NCBI GenBank assembly: GCA_002189035.1
Contig: NEEC01000209.1
Coordinates: 1 to 23,125 of the forward strand
Origin: Utricularia gibba
Taxonomy: Eukaryota > Plantae > Magnoliophyta
Length of the DNA stretch: 23,125 nucleotides
Reading direction: 5' to 3'
In this document: positions 9,333-22,794 of the stretch, piece by piece
Layout of the letters: each line of letters starts with the position of its first letter
How positions within the stretch are numbered: position 1 is the stretch's first letter
Program-made: the position numbers and the translations under genes
Notes under the pieces: model-generated
What the model was told of the DNA's origin: nothing
What the model saw: the letters and a program-made list of their open reading frames with translations, nothing else
Database searches by the model: none

Positions 9333-9695
9333 TAAGGATCGAGCGTTAACACAAGTTTCAAGTAAACCATCTCCACTCGATCCGAATCATGTCTAAAGAC
9401 CGAAAGCCAATAAAAATATTAAAATAAAAAATATACGCTCGATCCGCATCATATCTTAGAATCGAATGCAAATAGAATCGTTCAAATAAAAAATATACAC
9501 TCGATTGGAATCTTAACCAAGGATCGAATGCTAATTAAAATGATTAAAATAAAAATGCACACTCCATCCAAAGTATAACTAAGGGTCGAATGCTAATAAA
9601 ATTAAAAACTAAGAAACTTTCACATGTAGTATATGCTTTAATAACTAACGTATTTACATTATTTATATTTTAATAAACATATATCACATGATTAT
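8797..9695. mobile_element. Foldback/MULE-like palindrome (copy 4)
   Basis: Copy of 1795-2693. Confidence 0.7.
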
Positions 9696-11666
9696 AAAAA
9701 TATTTTTTTTGTCATTGTAGAAAGCTCATCACGCCACGCACACCACCCTGGAGAGGTTTCAACAGCTGTTATGAACTCACAACCCCTTGCTCAGCAGATT
9801 CAGTAAAATTCTCTAACACTTGGGCTTCCAACGGATCATATCCCATATTCATTCATACGAAATTGTGCAAGAATAATGTGACTTTGAGTTTGAACTAGAT
9901 AGTAGGACGCTGATCGAAGAATGGCCCATCGAGTCTCTAAAATTGGCCGTCCTCGCTCAACAAATGTGGGGTGCACGTGACATCCCAATTTCAACAAATG
10001 CATCATGATTTTCGTCGAGTGGGCCCATGAGCCCGTCCGAACCCGGGGCCCGGGCCAAGGGCCCCTCGAGAGCGCCCGCCTCAATACGAGGAGGTGTTCC
10101 TTCAAAAACCATATACGCGTCTCGTCACAACCCAACGTTAATAAATGCATCACTTTTTTTGGCGCGCTACTGCTGACTTTGGGCCTGAGTTCGGCACGAC
10201 CTCCGGCTCGATCAGGGTGCCCCCCGAGAGCTCCTCCTTAAGTATAAAGTGTGTTGTTGAAAAAAACCGTGTGCGGTTCTCGTGACATCCTAACTTCAAC
10301 AAATGCATCACGATTTTCGTCGAGTCGGACGGGACCGGGCTCCCGGGGCCCGGACGAGGCGCAGCGCCCGCTCCCCTCCCCCCAAAACTAGAAGGTGTTC
10401 CATGGAAAACCATTTAGGCGGCTCGTGACAACCCAAAGTTAATAAATGCATCACTTTCTTTGCCGGGCTACAATGACTTTACGCTCGAGCCTGGTACGAC
10501 GTATGGGAAGATTCGAGTGCCCCCCGAGAGCGTCTCCACAAGTATAAAGCGTGTTGTTGAAAAAACCGTGTTGGGTGCACGTGACATCCTAATTTCAACA
10601 AATGTGTCACGATTTTCGCCGAGTGGGACCAGAGTGGGCTCATCAGCCAGACCGAACCCGGGGCCCAAGCCAAGGGCCCCTCGAGAGCGCCCCCCCACAA
10701 AACTAGATGGTGTTCCACGAAAAAAAATTAGGCGGCTCGTGATAACCCAACGCTAAGAAATGCATCCCTTTTTTCGCCGGGCTAAAACTGACTTTGGGCT
10801 CATGCCCGGCGCGACCCCCAGCCCGTGTGCATACGCAGCAGCACCACGAGGCCACATGGGCTTGGTTAATGCCCGCGTGCTCGAGCAGCAGCCACAAGGC
10901 CATACGGCCGTGGAAAAAAAGAAAAACAACCATAAAATACAATAAGCCAAAAATAAAAAATAAAATTGATAAACCCTTGGTTCGGTTCGGGCCCAATCAA
11001 AACCCGTAGGGTTTAACCCGTTCGGGTTGAACAGAAAGACAACCCCATGGGTCATGCAAACTGTAATACCCAGAATTTCATCGGGTTGGGTCCGAACCTG
11101 AATGGATCCAACCCAGGCCCATCTCTAATCATAATCATATGATATAGGTTTATTAAATTATAAATAATTGAAATACATTATTTATTAAACCGTAGGATAA
11201 CTGTGAAAGCTTCTTTGACTTAATTATTACCATTTGATCCTCAGTTGTACTTTGGATGGAGTGTGTATTTTTACTTTAGTCAATTTAATTAGCATTCGAT
11301 CCTTGGTTATGATTCAGATCATATTTGCTATTTTTTTACTTTAAATATTTTTATTATCATTCGATCCTTAAGTATAATGCGGATCGAGCGCGTATTTTTT
11401 ATTTTAATATTTTTTATTAGCATTCGAACGTTAGGTATGCTGCGGATCGAGCGTATATTTTTCACTCTCATATTTTTATTAGCCTTAGATCCTTAGGTAT
11501 ACTTTGGATCGAGTGCATATTCATTTATTTTAAATCTTAATTAGCGTTCCACCGTTAGGAGCAATTTAGAACGTGTATACATTACAATGCCATGCCACAC
11601 GGGCGTGGTTTACGCACAACCCACGCCCGTGTGCCCTTGCAATGTAAACACGCTCCACATTGCTCC
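9333..11666. repeat. Macrosatellite unit 5 (2334 bp)
   Basis: Anchor to anchor; no-A variant. Confidence 0.97.
9965..10819. repeat. Satellite-like 150/300-bp block (copy 5)
   Basis: Copy of 631-1483. Confidence 0.92.
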
Positions 11667-12029
11667 TAAGGATCGAGCGTTAACACAAGTTTCAAGTAAA
11701 CCATCTCCACTCGATCCGAATCATGTCTAAAGACCGAAAGCCAATAAAAATATTAAAATAAAAAATATACGCTCGATCCGCATCATATCTTAGAATCGAA
11801 TGCAAATAGAATCGTTCAAATAAAAAATATACACTCGATTGGAATCTTAACCAAGGATCGAATGCTAATTAAAATGATTAAAATAAAAATGCACACTCCA
11901 TCCAAAGTATAACTAAGGGTCGAATGCTAATAAAATTAAAAACTAAGAAACTTTCACATGTAGTATATGCTTTAATAACTAACGTATTTACATTATTTAT
12001 ATTTTAATAAACATATATCACATGATTAT
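11131..12029. mobile_element. Foldback/MULE-like palindrome (copy 5)
   Basis: Copy of 1795-2693. Confidence 0.7.
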
Positions 12030-14002
12030 AAAAATATTTTTTTTGTCATTGTAGAAAGCTCATCACGCCACGCACACCACCCTGGAGAGGTTTCAACAGC
12101 TGTTATGAACTCACAACCCCTTGCTCAGCAGATTCAGTAAAATTCTCTAACACTTGGGCTTCCAACGGATCATATCCCATATTCATTCATACGAAATTGT
12201 GCAAGAATAATGTGACTTTGAGTTTGAACTAGATAGTAGGACGCTGATCGAAGAATGGCCCATCGAGTCTCTAAAATTGGCCGTCCTCGCTCAACAAATG
12301 TGGGGTGCACGTGACATCCCAATTTCAACAAATGCATCATGATTTTCGTCGAGTGGGCCCATGAGCCCGTCCGAACCCGGGGCCCGGGCCAAGGGCCCCT
12401 CGAGAGCGCCCGCCTCAATACGAGGAGGTGTTCCTTCAAAAACCATATACGCGTCTCGTCACAACCCAACGTTAATAAATGCATCACTTTTTTTGGCGCG
12501 CTACTGCTGACTTTGGGCCTGAGTTCGGCACGACCTCCGGCTCGATCAGGGTGCCCCACCGAGAGCTCCTCCTTAAGTATAAAGTGTGTTGTTGAAAAAA
12601 ACCGTGTGCGGTTCTCGTGACATCCTAACTTCAACAAATGCATCACGATTTTCGTCGAGTCGGACGGGACCGGGCTCCCGGGGCCCGGACGAGGCGCAGC
12701 GCCCGCTCCCCTCCCCCCCAAAACTAGAAGGTGTTCCATGGAAAACCATTTAGGCGGCTCGTGACAACCCAAAGTTAATAAATGCATCACTTTCTTTGCC
12801 GGGCTACAATGACTTTACGCTCGAGCCTGGTACGACGTATGGGAAGATTCGAGTGCCCCCCGAGAGCGTCTCCACAAGTATAAAGCGTGTTGTTGAAAAA
12901 ACCGTGTTGGGTGCACGTGACATCCTAATTTCAACAAATGTGTCACGATTTTCGCCGAGTGGGACCAGAGTGGGCTCATCAGCCAGACCGAACCCGGGGC
13001 CCAAGCCAAGGGCCCCTCGAGAGCGCCCCCCCACAAAACTAGATGGTGTTCCACGAAAAAAAATTAGGCGGCTCGTGATAACCCAACGCTAAGAAATGCA
13101 TCCCTTTTTTCGCCGGGCTAAAACTGACTTTGGGCTCATGCCCGGCGCGACCCCCAGCCCGTGTGCATACGCAGCAGCACCACGAGGCCACATGGGCTTG
13201 GTTAATGCCCGCGTGCTCGAGCAGCAGCCACAAGGCCATACGGCCGTGGAAAAAAAGAAAAACAACCATAAAATACAATAAGCCAAAAATAAAAAATAAA
13301 ATTGATAAACCCTTGGTTCGGTTCGGGCCCAATCAAAACCCGTAGGGTTTAACCCGTTCGGGTTGAACAGAAAGACAACCCCATGGGTCATGCAAACTGT
13401 AATACCCAGAATTTCATCGGGTTGGGTCCGAACCTGAATGGATCCAACCCAGGCCCATCTCTAATCATAATCATATGATATAGGTTTATTAAATTATAAA
13501 TAATTGAAATACATTATTTATTAAACCGTAGGATAACTGTGAAAGCTTCTTTGACTTAATTATTACCATTTGATCCTCAGTTGTACTTTGGATGGAGTGT
13601 GTATTTTTACTTTAGTCAATTTAATTAGCATTCGATCCTTGGTTATGATTCAGATCATATTTGCTATTTTTTTACTTTAAATATTTTTATTATCATTCGA
13701 TCCTTAAGTATAATGCGGATCGAGCGCGTATTTTTTATTTTAATATTTTTTATTAGCATTCGAACGTTAGGTATGCTGCGGATCGAGCGTATATTTTTCA
13801 CTCTCATATTTTTATTAGCCTTAGATCCTTAGGTATACTTTGGATCGAGTGCATATTCATTTATTTTAAATCTTAATTAGCGTTCCACCGTTAGGAGCAA
13901 TTTAGAACGTGTATACATTACAATGCCATGCCACACGGGCGTGGTTTACGCACAACCCACGCCCGTGTGCCCTTGCAATGTAAACACGCTCCACATTGCT
14001 CC
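11667..14002. repeat. Macrosatellite unit 6 (2336 bp)
   Basis: Anchor to anchor; +A variant at 12558. Confidence 0.97.
12299..13155. repeat. Satellite-like 150/300-bp block (copy 6)
   Basis: Copy of 631-1483. Confidence 0.92.
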
Positions 14003-14365
14003 TAAGGATCGAGCGTTAACACAAGTTTCAAGTAAACCATCTCCACTCGATCCGAATCATGTCTAAAGACCGAAAGCCAATAAAAATATTAAAATAAAAA
14101 ATATACGCTCGATCCGCATCATATCTTAGAATCGAATGCAAATAGAATCGTTCAAATAAAAAATATACACTCGATTGGAATCTTAACCAAGGATCGAATG
14201 CTAATTAAAATGATTAAAATAAAAATGCACACTCCATCCAAAGTATAACTAAGGGTCGAATGCTAATAAAATTAAAAACTAAGAAACTTTCACATGTAGT
14301 ATATGCTTTAATAACTAACGTATTTACATTATTTATATTTTAATAAACATATATCACATGATTAT
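13467..14365. mobile_element. Foldback/MULE-like palindrome (copy 6)
   Basis: Copy of 1795-2693. Confidence 0.7.
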
Positions 14366-16335
14366 AAAAATATTTTTTTTGTCATTGTAGAAAGCTCATC
14401 ACGCCACGCACACCACCCTGGAGAGGTTTCAACAGCTGTTATGAACTCACAACCCCTTGCTCAGCAGATTCAGTAAAATTCTCTAACACTTGGGCTTCCA
14501 ACGGATCATATCCCATATTCATTCATACGAAATTGTGCAAGAATAATGTGACTTTGAGTTTGAACTAGATAGTAGGACGCTGATCGAAGAATGGCCCATC
14601 GAGTCTCTAAAATTGGCCGTCCTCGCTCAACAAATGTGGGGTGCACGTGACATCCCAATTTCAACAAATGCATCATGATTTTCGTCGAGTGGGCCCATGA
14701 GCCCGTCCGAACCCGGGGCCCGGGCCAAGGGCCCCTCGAGAGCGCCCGCCTCAATACGAGGAGGTGTTCCTTCAAAAACCATATACGCGTCTCGTCACAA
14801 CCCAACGTTAATAAATGCATCACTTTTTTTGGCGCGCTACTGCTGACTTTGGGCCTGAGTTCGGCACGACCTCCGGCTCGATCAGGGTGCCCCCCGAGAG
14901 CTCCTCCTTAAGTATAAAGTGTGTTGTTGAAAAAAACCGTGTGCGGTTCTCGTGACATCCTAACTTCAACAAATGCATCACGATTTTCGTCGAGTCGGAC
15001 GGGACCGGGCTCCCGGGGCCCGGACGAGGCGCAGCGCCCGCTCCCCTCCCCCCAAAACTAGAAGGTGTTCCATGGAAAACCATTTAGGCGGCTCGTGACA
15101 ACCCAAAGTTAATAAATGCATCACTTTCTTTGCCGGGCTACAATGACTTTACGCTCGAGCCTGGTACGACGTATGGGAAGATTCGAGTGCCCCCCGAGAG
15201 CGTCTCCACAAGTATAAAGCGTGTTGTTGAAAAAACCGTGTTGGGTGCACGTGACATCCTAATTTCAACAAATGTGTCACGATTTTCGCCGAGTGGGACC
15301 AGAGTGGGCTCATCAGCCAGACCGAACCCGGGGCCCAAGCCAAGGGCCCCTCGAGAGCGCCCCCCACAAAACTAGATGGTGTTCCACGAAAAAAAATTAG
15401 GCGGCTCGTGATAACCCAACGCTAAGAAATGCATCCCTTTTTTCGCCGGGCTAAAACTGACTTTGGGCTCATGCCCGGCGCGACCCCCAGCCCGTGTGCA
15501 TACGCAGCAGCACCACGAGGCCACATGGGCTTGGTTAATGCCCGCGTGCTCGAGCAGCAGCCACAAGGCCATACGGCCGTGGAAAAAAAGAAAAACAACC
15601 ATAAAATACAATAAGCCAAAAATAAAAAATAAAATTGATAAACCCTTGGTTCGGTTCGGGCCCAATCAAAACCCGTAGGGTTTAACCCGTTCGGGTTGAA
15701 CAGAAAGACAACCCCATGGGTCATGCAAACTGTAATACCCAGAATTTCATCGGGTTGGGTCCGAACCTGAATGGATCCAACCCAGGCCCATCTCTAATCA
15801 TAATCATATGATATAGGTTTATTAAATTATAAATAATTGAAATACATTATTTATTAAACCGTAGGATAACTGTGAAAGCTTCTTTGACTTAATTATTACC
15901 ATTTGATCCTCAGTTGTACTTTGGATGGAGTGTGTATTTTTACTTTAGTCAATTTAATTAGCATTCGATCCTTGGTTATGATTCAGATCATATTTGCTAT
16001 TTTTTTACTTTAAATATTTTTATTATCATTCGATCCTTAAGTATAATGCGGATCGAGCGCGTATTTTTTATTTTAATATTTTTTATTAGCATTCGAACGT
16101 TAGGTATGCTGCGGATCGAGCGTATATTTTTCACTCTCATATTTTTATTAGCCTTAGATCCTTAGGTATACTTTGGATCGAGTGCATATTCATTTATTTT
16201 AAATCTTAATTAGCGTTCCACCGTTAGGAGCAATTTAGAACGTGTATACATTACAATGCCATGCCACACGGGCGTGGTTTACGCACAACCCACGCCCGTG
16301 TGCCCTTGCAATGTAAACACGCTCCACATTGCTCC
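14003..16335. repeat. Macrosatellite unit 7 (2333 bp)
   Basis: Anchor to anchor; no-A variant. Confidence 0.97.
14635..15488. repeat. Satellite-like 150/300-bp block (copy 7)
   Basis: Copy of 631-1483. Confidence 0.92.
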
Positions 16336-16698
16336 TAAGGATCGAGCGTTAACACAAGTTTCAAGTAAACCATCTCCACTCGATCCGAATCATGTCTAAA
16401 GACCGAAAGCCAATAAAAATATTAAAATAAAAAATATACGCTCGATCCGCATCATATCTTAGAATCGAATGCAAATAGAATCGTTCAAATAAAAAATATA
16501 CACTCGATTGGAATCTTAACCAAGGATCGAATGCTAATTAAAATGATTAAAATAAAAATGCACACTCCATCCAAAGTATAACTAAGGGTCGAATGCTAAT
16601 AAAATTAAAAACTAAGAAACTTTCACATGTAGTATATGCTTTAATAACTAACGTATTTACATTATTTATATTTTAATAAACATATATCACATGATTAT
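15800..16698. mobile_element. Foldback/MULE-like palindrome (copy 7)
   Basis: Copy of 1795-2693. Confidence 0.7.
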
Positions 16699-18667
16699 AA
16701 AAATATTTTTTTTGTCATTGTAGAAAGCTCATCACGCCACGCACACCACCCTGGAGAGGTTTCAACAGCTGTTATGAACTCACAACCCCTTGCTCAGCAG
16801 ATTCAGTAAAATTCTCTAACACTTGGGCTTCCAACGGATCATATCCCATATTCATTCATACGAAATTGTGCAAGAATAATGTGACTTTGAGTTTGAACTA
16901 GATAGTAGGACGCTGATCGAAGAATGGCCCATCGAGTCTCTAAAATTGGCCGTCCTCGCTCAACAAATGTGGGGTGCACGTGACATCCCAATTTCAACAA
17001 ATGCATCATGATTTTCGTCGAGTGGGCCCATGAGCCCGTCCGAACCCGGGGCCCGGGCCAAGGGCCCCTCGAGAGCGCCCGCCTCAATACGAGGAGGTGT
17101 TCCTTCAAAAACCATATACGCGTCTCGTCACAACCCAACGTTAATAAATGCATCACTTTTTTTGGCGCGCTACTGCTGACTTTGGGCCTGAGTTCGGCAC
17201 GACCTCCGGCTCGATCAGGGTGCCCCCGAGAGCTCCTCCTTAAGTATAAAGTGTGTTGTTGAAAAAAACCGTGTGCGGTTCTCGTGACATCCTAACTTCA
17301 ACAAATGCATCACGATTTTCGTCGAGTCGGACGGGACCGGGCTCCCGGGGCCCGGACGAGGCGCAGCGCCCGCTCCCCTCCCCCCCAAAACTAGAAGGTG
17401 TTCCATGGAAAACCATTTAGGCGGCTCGTGACAACCCAAAGTTAATAAATGCATCACTTTCTTTGCCGGGCTACAATGACTTTACGCTCGAGCCTGGTAC
17501 GACGTATGGGAAGATTCGAGTGCCCCCGAGAGCGTCTCCACAAGTATAAAGCGTGTTGTTGAAAAAACCGTGTTGGGTGCACGTGACATCCTAATTTCAA
17601 CAAATGTGTCACGATTTTCGCCGAGTGGGACCAGAGTGGGCTCATCAGCCAGACCGAACCCGGGGCCCAAGCCAAGGGCCCCTCGAGAGCGCCCCCCCAC
17701 AAAACTAGATGGTGTTCCACGAAAAAAAATTAGGCGGCTCGTGATAACCCAACGCTAAGAAATGCATCCCTTTTTTCGCCGGGCTAAAACTGACTTTGGG
17801 CTCATGCCCGGCGCGACCCCCAGCCCGTGTGCATACGCAGCAGCACCACGAGGCCACATGGGCTTGGTTAATGCCCGCGTGCTCGAGCAGCAGCCACAAG
17901 GCCATACGGCCGTGGAAAAAAAGAAAAACAACCATAAAATACAATAAGCCAAAAATAAAAATAAAATTGATAAACCCTTGGTTCGGTTCGGGCCCAATCA
18001 AAACCCGTAGGGTTTAACCCGTTCGGGTTGAACAGAAAGACAACCCCATGGGTCATGCAAACTGTAATACCCAGAATTTCATCGGGTTGGGTCCGAACCT
18101 GAATGGATCCAACCCAGGCCCATCTCTAATCATAATCATATGATATAGGTTTATTAAATTATAAATAATTGAAATACATTATTTATTAAACCGTAGGATA
18201 ACTGTGAAAGCTTCTTTGACTTAATTATTACCATTTGATCCTCAGTTGTACTTTGGATGGAGTGTGTATTTTTACTTTAGTCAATTTAATTAGCATTCGA
18301 TCCTTGGTTATGATTCAGATCATATTTGCTATTTTTTTACTTTAAATATTTTTATTATCATTCGATCCTTAAGTATAATGCGGATCGAGCGCGTATTTTT
18401 TATTTTAATATTTTTTATTAGCATTCGAACGTTAGGTATGCTGCGGATCGAGCGTATATTTTTCACTCTCATATTTTTATTAGCCTTAGATCCTTAGGTA
18501 TACTTTGGATCGAGTGCATATTCATTTATTTTAAATCTTAATTAGCGTTCCACCGTTAGGAGCAATTTAGAACGTGTATACATTACAATGCCATGCCACA
18601 CGGGCGTGGTTTACGCACAACCCACGCCCGTGTGCCCTTGCAATGTAAACACGCTCCACATTGCTCC
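16336..18667. repeat. Macrosatellite unit 8 (2332 bp)
   Basis: Anchor to anchor; no-A variant. Confidence 0.97.
16968..17821. repeat. Satellite-like 150/300-bp block (copy 8)
   Basis: Copy of 631-1483. Confidence 0.92.
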
Positions 18668-19030
18668 TAAGGATCGAGCGTTAACACAAGTTTCAAGTAA
18701 ACCATCTCCACTCGATCCGAATCATGTCTAAAGACCGAAAGCCAATAAAAATATTAAAATAAAAAATATACGCTCGATCCGCATCATATCTTAGAATCGA
18801 ATGCAAATAGAATCGTTCAAATAAAAAATATACACTCGATTGGAATCTTAACCAAGGATCGAATGCTAATTAAAATGATTAAAATAAAAATGCACACTCC
18901 ATCCAAAGTATAACTAAGGGTCGAATGCTAATAAAATTAAAAACTAAGAAACTTTCACATGTAGTATATGCTTTAATAACTAACGTATTTACATTATTTA
19001 TATTTTAATAAACATATATCACATGATTAT
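18132..19030. mobile_element. Foldback/MULE-like palindrome (copy 8)
   Basis: Copy of 1795-2693. Confidence 0.7.
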
Positions 19031-20999
19031 AAAAATATTTTTTTTGTCATTGTAGAAAGCTCATCACGCCACGCACACCACCCTGGAGAGGTTTCAACAG
19101 CTGTTATGAACTCACAACCCCTTGCTCAGCAGATTCAGTAAAATTCTCTAACACTTGGGCTTCCAACGGATCATATCCCATATTCATTCATACGAAATTG
19201 TGCAAGAATAATGTGACTTTGAGTTTGAACTAGATAGTAGGACGCTGATCGAAGAATGGCCCATCGAGTCTCTAAAATTGGCCGTCCTCGCTCAACAAAT
19301 GTGGGGTGCACGTGACATCCCAATTTCAACAAATGCATCATGATTTTCGTCGAGTGGGCCCATGAGCCCGTCCGAACCCGGGGCCCGGGCCAAGGGCCCC
19401 TCGAGAGCGCCCGCCTCAATACGAGGAGGTGTTCCTTCAAAAACCATATACGCGTCTCGTCACAACCCAACGTTAATAAATGCATCACTTTTTTTGGCGC
19501 GCTACTGCTGACTTTGGGCCTGAGTTCGGCACGACCTCCGGCTCGATCAGGGTGCCCCACCGAGAGCTCCTCCTTAAGTATAAAGTGTGTTGTTGAAAAA
19601 AACCGTGTGCGGTTCTCGTGACATCCTAACTTCAACAAATGCATCACGATTTTCGTCGAGTCGGACGGGACCGGGCTCCCGGGGCCCGGACGAGGCGCAG
19701 CGCCCGCTCCCCTCCCCCCCAAAACTAGAAGGTGTTCCATGGAAAACCATTTAGGCGGCTCGTGACAACCCAAAGTTAATAAATGCATCACTTTCTTTGC
19801 CGGGCTACAATGACTTTACGCTCGAGCCTGGTACGACGTATGGGAAGATTCGAGTGCCCCCCGAGAGCGTCTCCACAAGTATAAAGCGTGTTGTTGAAAA
19901 AACCGTGTTGGGTGCACGTGACATCCTAATTTCAACAAATGTGTCACGATTTTCGCCGAGTGGGACCAGAGTGGGCTCATCAGCCAGACCGAACCCGGGC
20001 CCAAGCCAAGGGCCCCTCGAGAGCGCCCCCCCACAAAACTAGATGGTGTTCCACGAAAAAAAATTAGGCGGCTCGTGATAACCCAACGCTAAGAAATGCA
20101 TCCCTTTTTTCGCCGGGCTAAAACTGACTTTGGGCTCATGCCCGGCGCGACCCCCAGCCCGTGTGCATACGCAGCAGCACCACGAGGCCACATGGGCTTG
20201 GTTAATGCCCGCGTGCTCGAGCAGCAGCCACAAGGCCATACGGCCGTGGAAAAAAAGAAAACAACCATAAAATACAATAAGCCAAAAATAAAAAATAAAA
20301 TTGATAAACCCTTGGTTCGGTTCGGGCCCAATCAAAACCCGTAGGGTTTAACCCGTTCGGGTTGAACAGAAAGACAACCCCATGGGTCATGCAAACTGTA
20401 ATACCCAGAATTTCATCGGGTTGGGTCCGAACCTGAATGGATCCAACCCAGGCCCATCTCTAATCATAATCATATGATATAGGTTTATTAAATTATAAAT
20501 AATTGAAATATTATTTATTAAACCGTAGGATAACTGTGAAAGCTTCTTTGACTTAATTATTACCATTTGATCCTCAGTTGTACTTTGGATGGAGTGTGTA
20601 TTTTTACTTTAGTCAATTTAATTAGCATTCGATCCTTGGTTATGATTCAGATCATATTTGCTATTTTTTTACTTTAAATATTTTTATTATCATTCGATCC
20701 TTAAGTATAATGCGGATCGAGCGCGTATTTTTTATTTTAATATTTTTTATTAGCATTCGAACGTTAGGTATGCTGCGGATCGAGCGTATATTTTTCACTC
20801 TCATATTTTTATTAGCCTTAGATCCTTAGGTATACTTTGGATCGAGTGCATATTCATTTATTTTAAATCTTAATTAGCGTTCCACCGTTAGGAGCAATTT
20901 AGAACGTGTATACATTACAATGCCATGCCACACGGGCGTGGTTTACGCACAACCCACGCCCGTGTGCCCTTGCAATGTAAACACGCTCCACATTGCTCC
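18668..20999. repeat. Macrosatellite unit 9 (2332 bp)
   Basis: Anchor to anchor; +A variant at 19559. Confidence 0.97.
19300..20155. repeat. Satellite-like 150/300-bp block (copy 9)
   Basis: Copy of 631-1483. Confidence 0.92.
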
Positions 21000-21362
21000 T
21001 AAGGATCGAGCGTTAACACAAGTTTCAAGTAAACCATCTCCACTCGATCCGAATCATGTCTAAAGACCGAAAGCCAATAAAAATATTAAAATAAAAAATA
21101 TACGCTCGATCCGCATCATATCTTAGAATCGAATGCAAATAGAATCGTTCAAATAAAAAATATACACTCGATTGGAATCTTAACCAAGGATCGAATGCTA
21201 ATTAAAATGATTAAAATAAAAATGCACACTCCATCCAAAGTATAACTAAGGGTCGAATGCTAATAAAATTAAAAACTAAGAAACTTTCACATGTAGTATA
21301 TGCTTTAATAACTAACGTATTTACATTATTTATATTTTAATAAACATATATCACATGATTAT
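20466..21362. mobile_element. Foldback/MULE-like palindrome (copy 9)
   Basis: Copy of 1795-2693 with a 2-bp deletion near 20510. Confidence 0.7.
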
Positions 21363-21631
21363 AAAAATATTTTTTTTGTCATTGTAGAAAGCTCATCACG
21401 CCACGCACACCACCCTGGAGAGGTTTCAACAGCTGTTATGAACTCACAACCCCTTGCTCAGCAGATTCAGTAAAATTCTCTAACACTTGGGCTTCCAACG
21501 GATCATATCCCATATTCATTCATACGAAATTGTGCAAGAATAATGTGACTTTGAGTTTGAACTAGATAGTAGGACGCTGATCGAAGAATGGCCCATCGAG
21601 TCTCTAAAATTGGCCGTCCTCGCTCAACAAA

Positions 21632-22483
21632 TGTGGGGTGCACGTGACATCCCAATTTCAACAAATGCATCATGATTTTCGTCGAGTGGGCCCATGAGCC
21701 CGTCCGAACCCGGGGCCCGGGCCAAGGCCCCTCGAGAGCGCCCGCCTCAATACGAGGAGGTGTTCCTTCAAAAACCATATACGCGTCTCGTCACAACCCA
21801 ACGTTAATAAATGCATCACTTTTTTTGGCGCGCTACTGCTGACTTTGGGCCTGAGTTCGGCACGACCTCCGGCTCGATCAGGGTGCCCCCGAGAGCTCCT
21901 CCTTAAGTATAAAGTGTGTTGTTGAAAAAAACCGTGTGCGGTTCTCGTGACATCCTAACTTCAACAAATGCATCACGATTTTCGTCGAGTCGGACGGGAC
22001 CGGGCTCCCGGGGCCCGGACGAGGCGCAGCGCCCGCTCCCCTCCCCCCAAAAACTAGAAGGTGTTCCATGGAAAACCATTTAGGCGGCTCGTGACAACCC
22101 AAAGTTAATAAATGCATCACTTTCTTTGCCGGGCTACAATGACTTTACGCTCGAGCCTGGTACGACGTATGGGAAGATTCGAGTGCCCCCGAGAGCGTCT
22201 CCACAAGTATAAAGCGTGTTGTTGAAAAAAACCGTGTTGGGTGCACGTGACATCCTAATTTCAACAAATGTGTCACGATTTTCGCCGAGTGGGACCAGAG
22301 TGGCTCATCAGCCAGACCGAACCCGGGGCCCAAGCCAAGGGCCCTCGAGAGCGCCCCCCCACAAAACTAGATGGTGTTCCACGAAAAAAAATTAGGCGGC
22401 TCGTGATAACCCAACGCTAAGAAATGCATCCCTTTTTTCGCCGGGCTAAAACTGACTTTGGGCTCATGCCCGGCGCGACCCCC
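21632..22483. repeat. Satellite-like 150/300-bp block (copy 10)
   Basis: Copy of 631-1483 with several 1-bp homopolymer deletions. Confidence 0.92.
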
Positions 22484-22794
22484 AGCCCGTGTGCATACGC
22501 AGCAGCACCACGAGGCCACATGGGCTTGGTTAATGCCCGCGTGCTCGAGCAGCAGCCACAAGGCCATACGGCCGTGGAAAAAAAGAAAAAACAACCATAA
22601 AATACAATAAGCCAAAAATAAAAAATAAAATTGATAAACCCTTGGTTCGGTTCGGGCCCAATCAAAACCCGTAGGGTTTAACCCGTTCGGGTTGAACAGA
22701 AAGACAACCCATGGGTCATGCAAACTGTAATACCCAGAATTTCATCGGGTTGGGTCCGAACCTGAATGGATCCAACCCAGGCCCATCTCTAATC

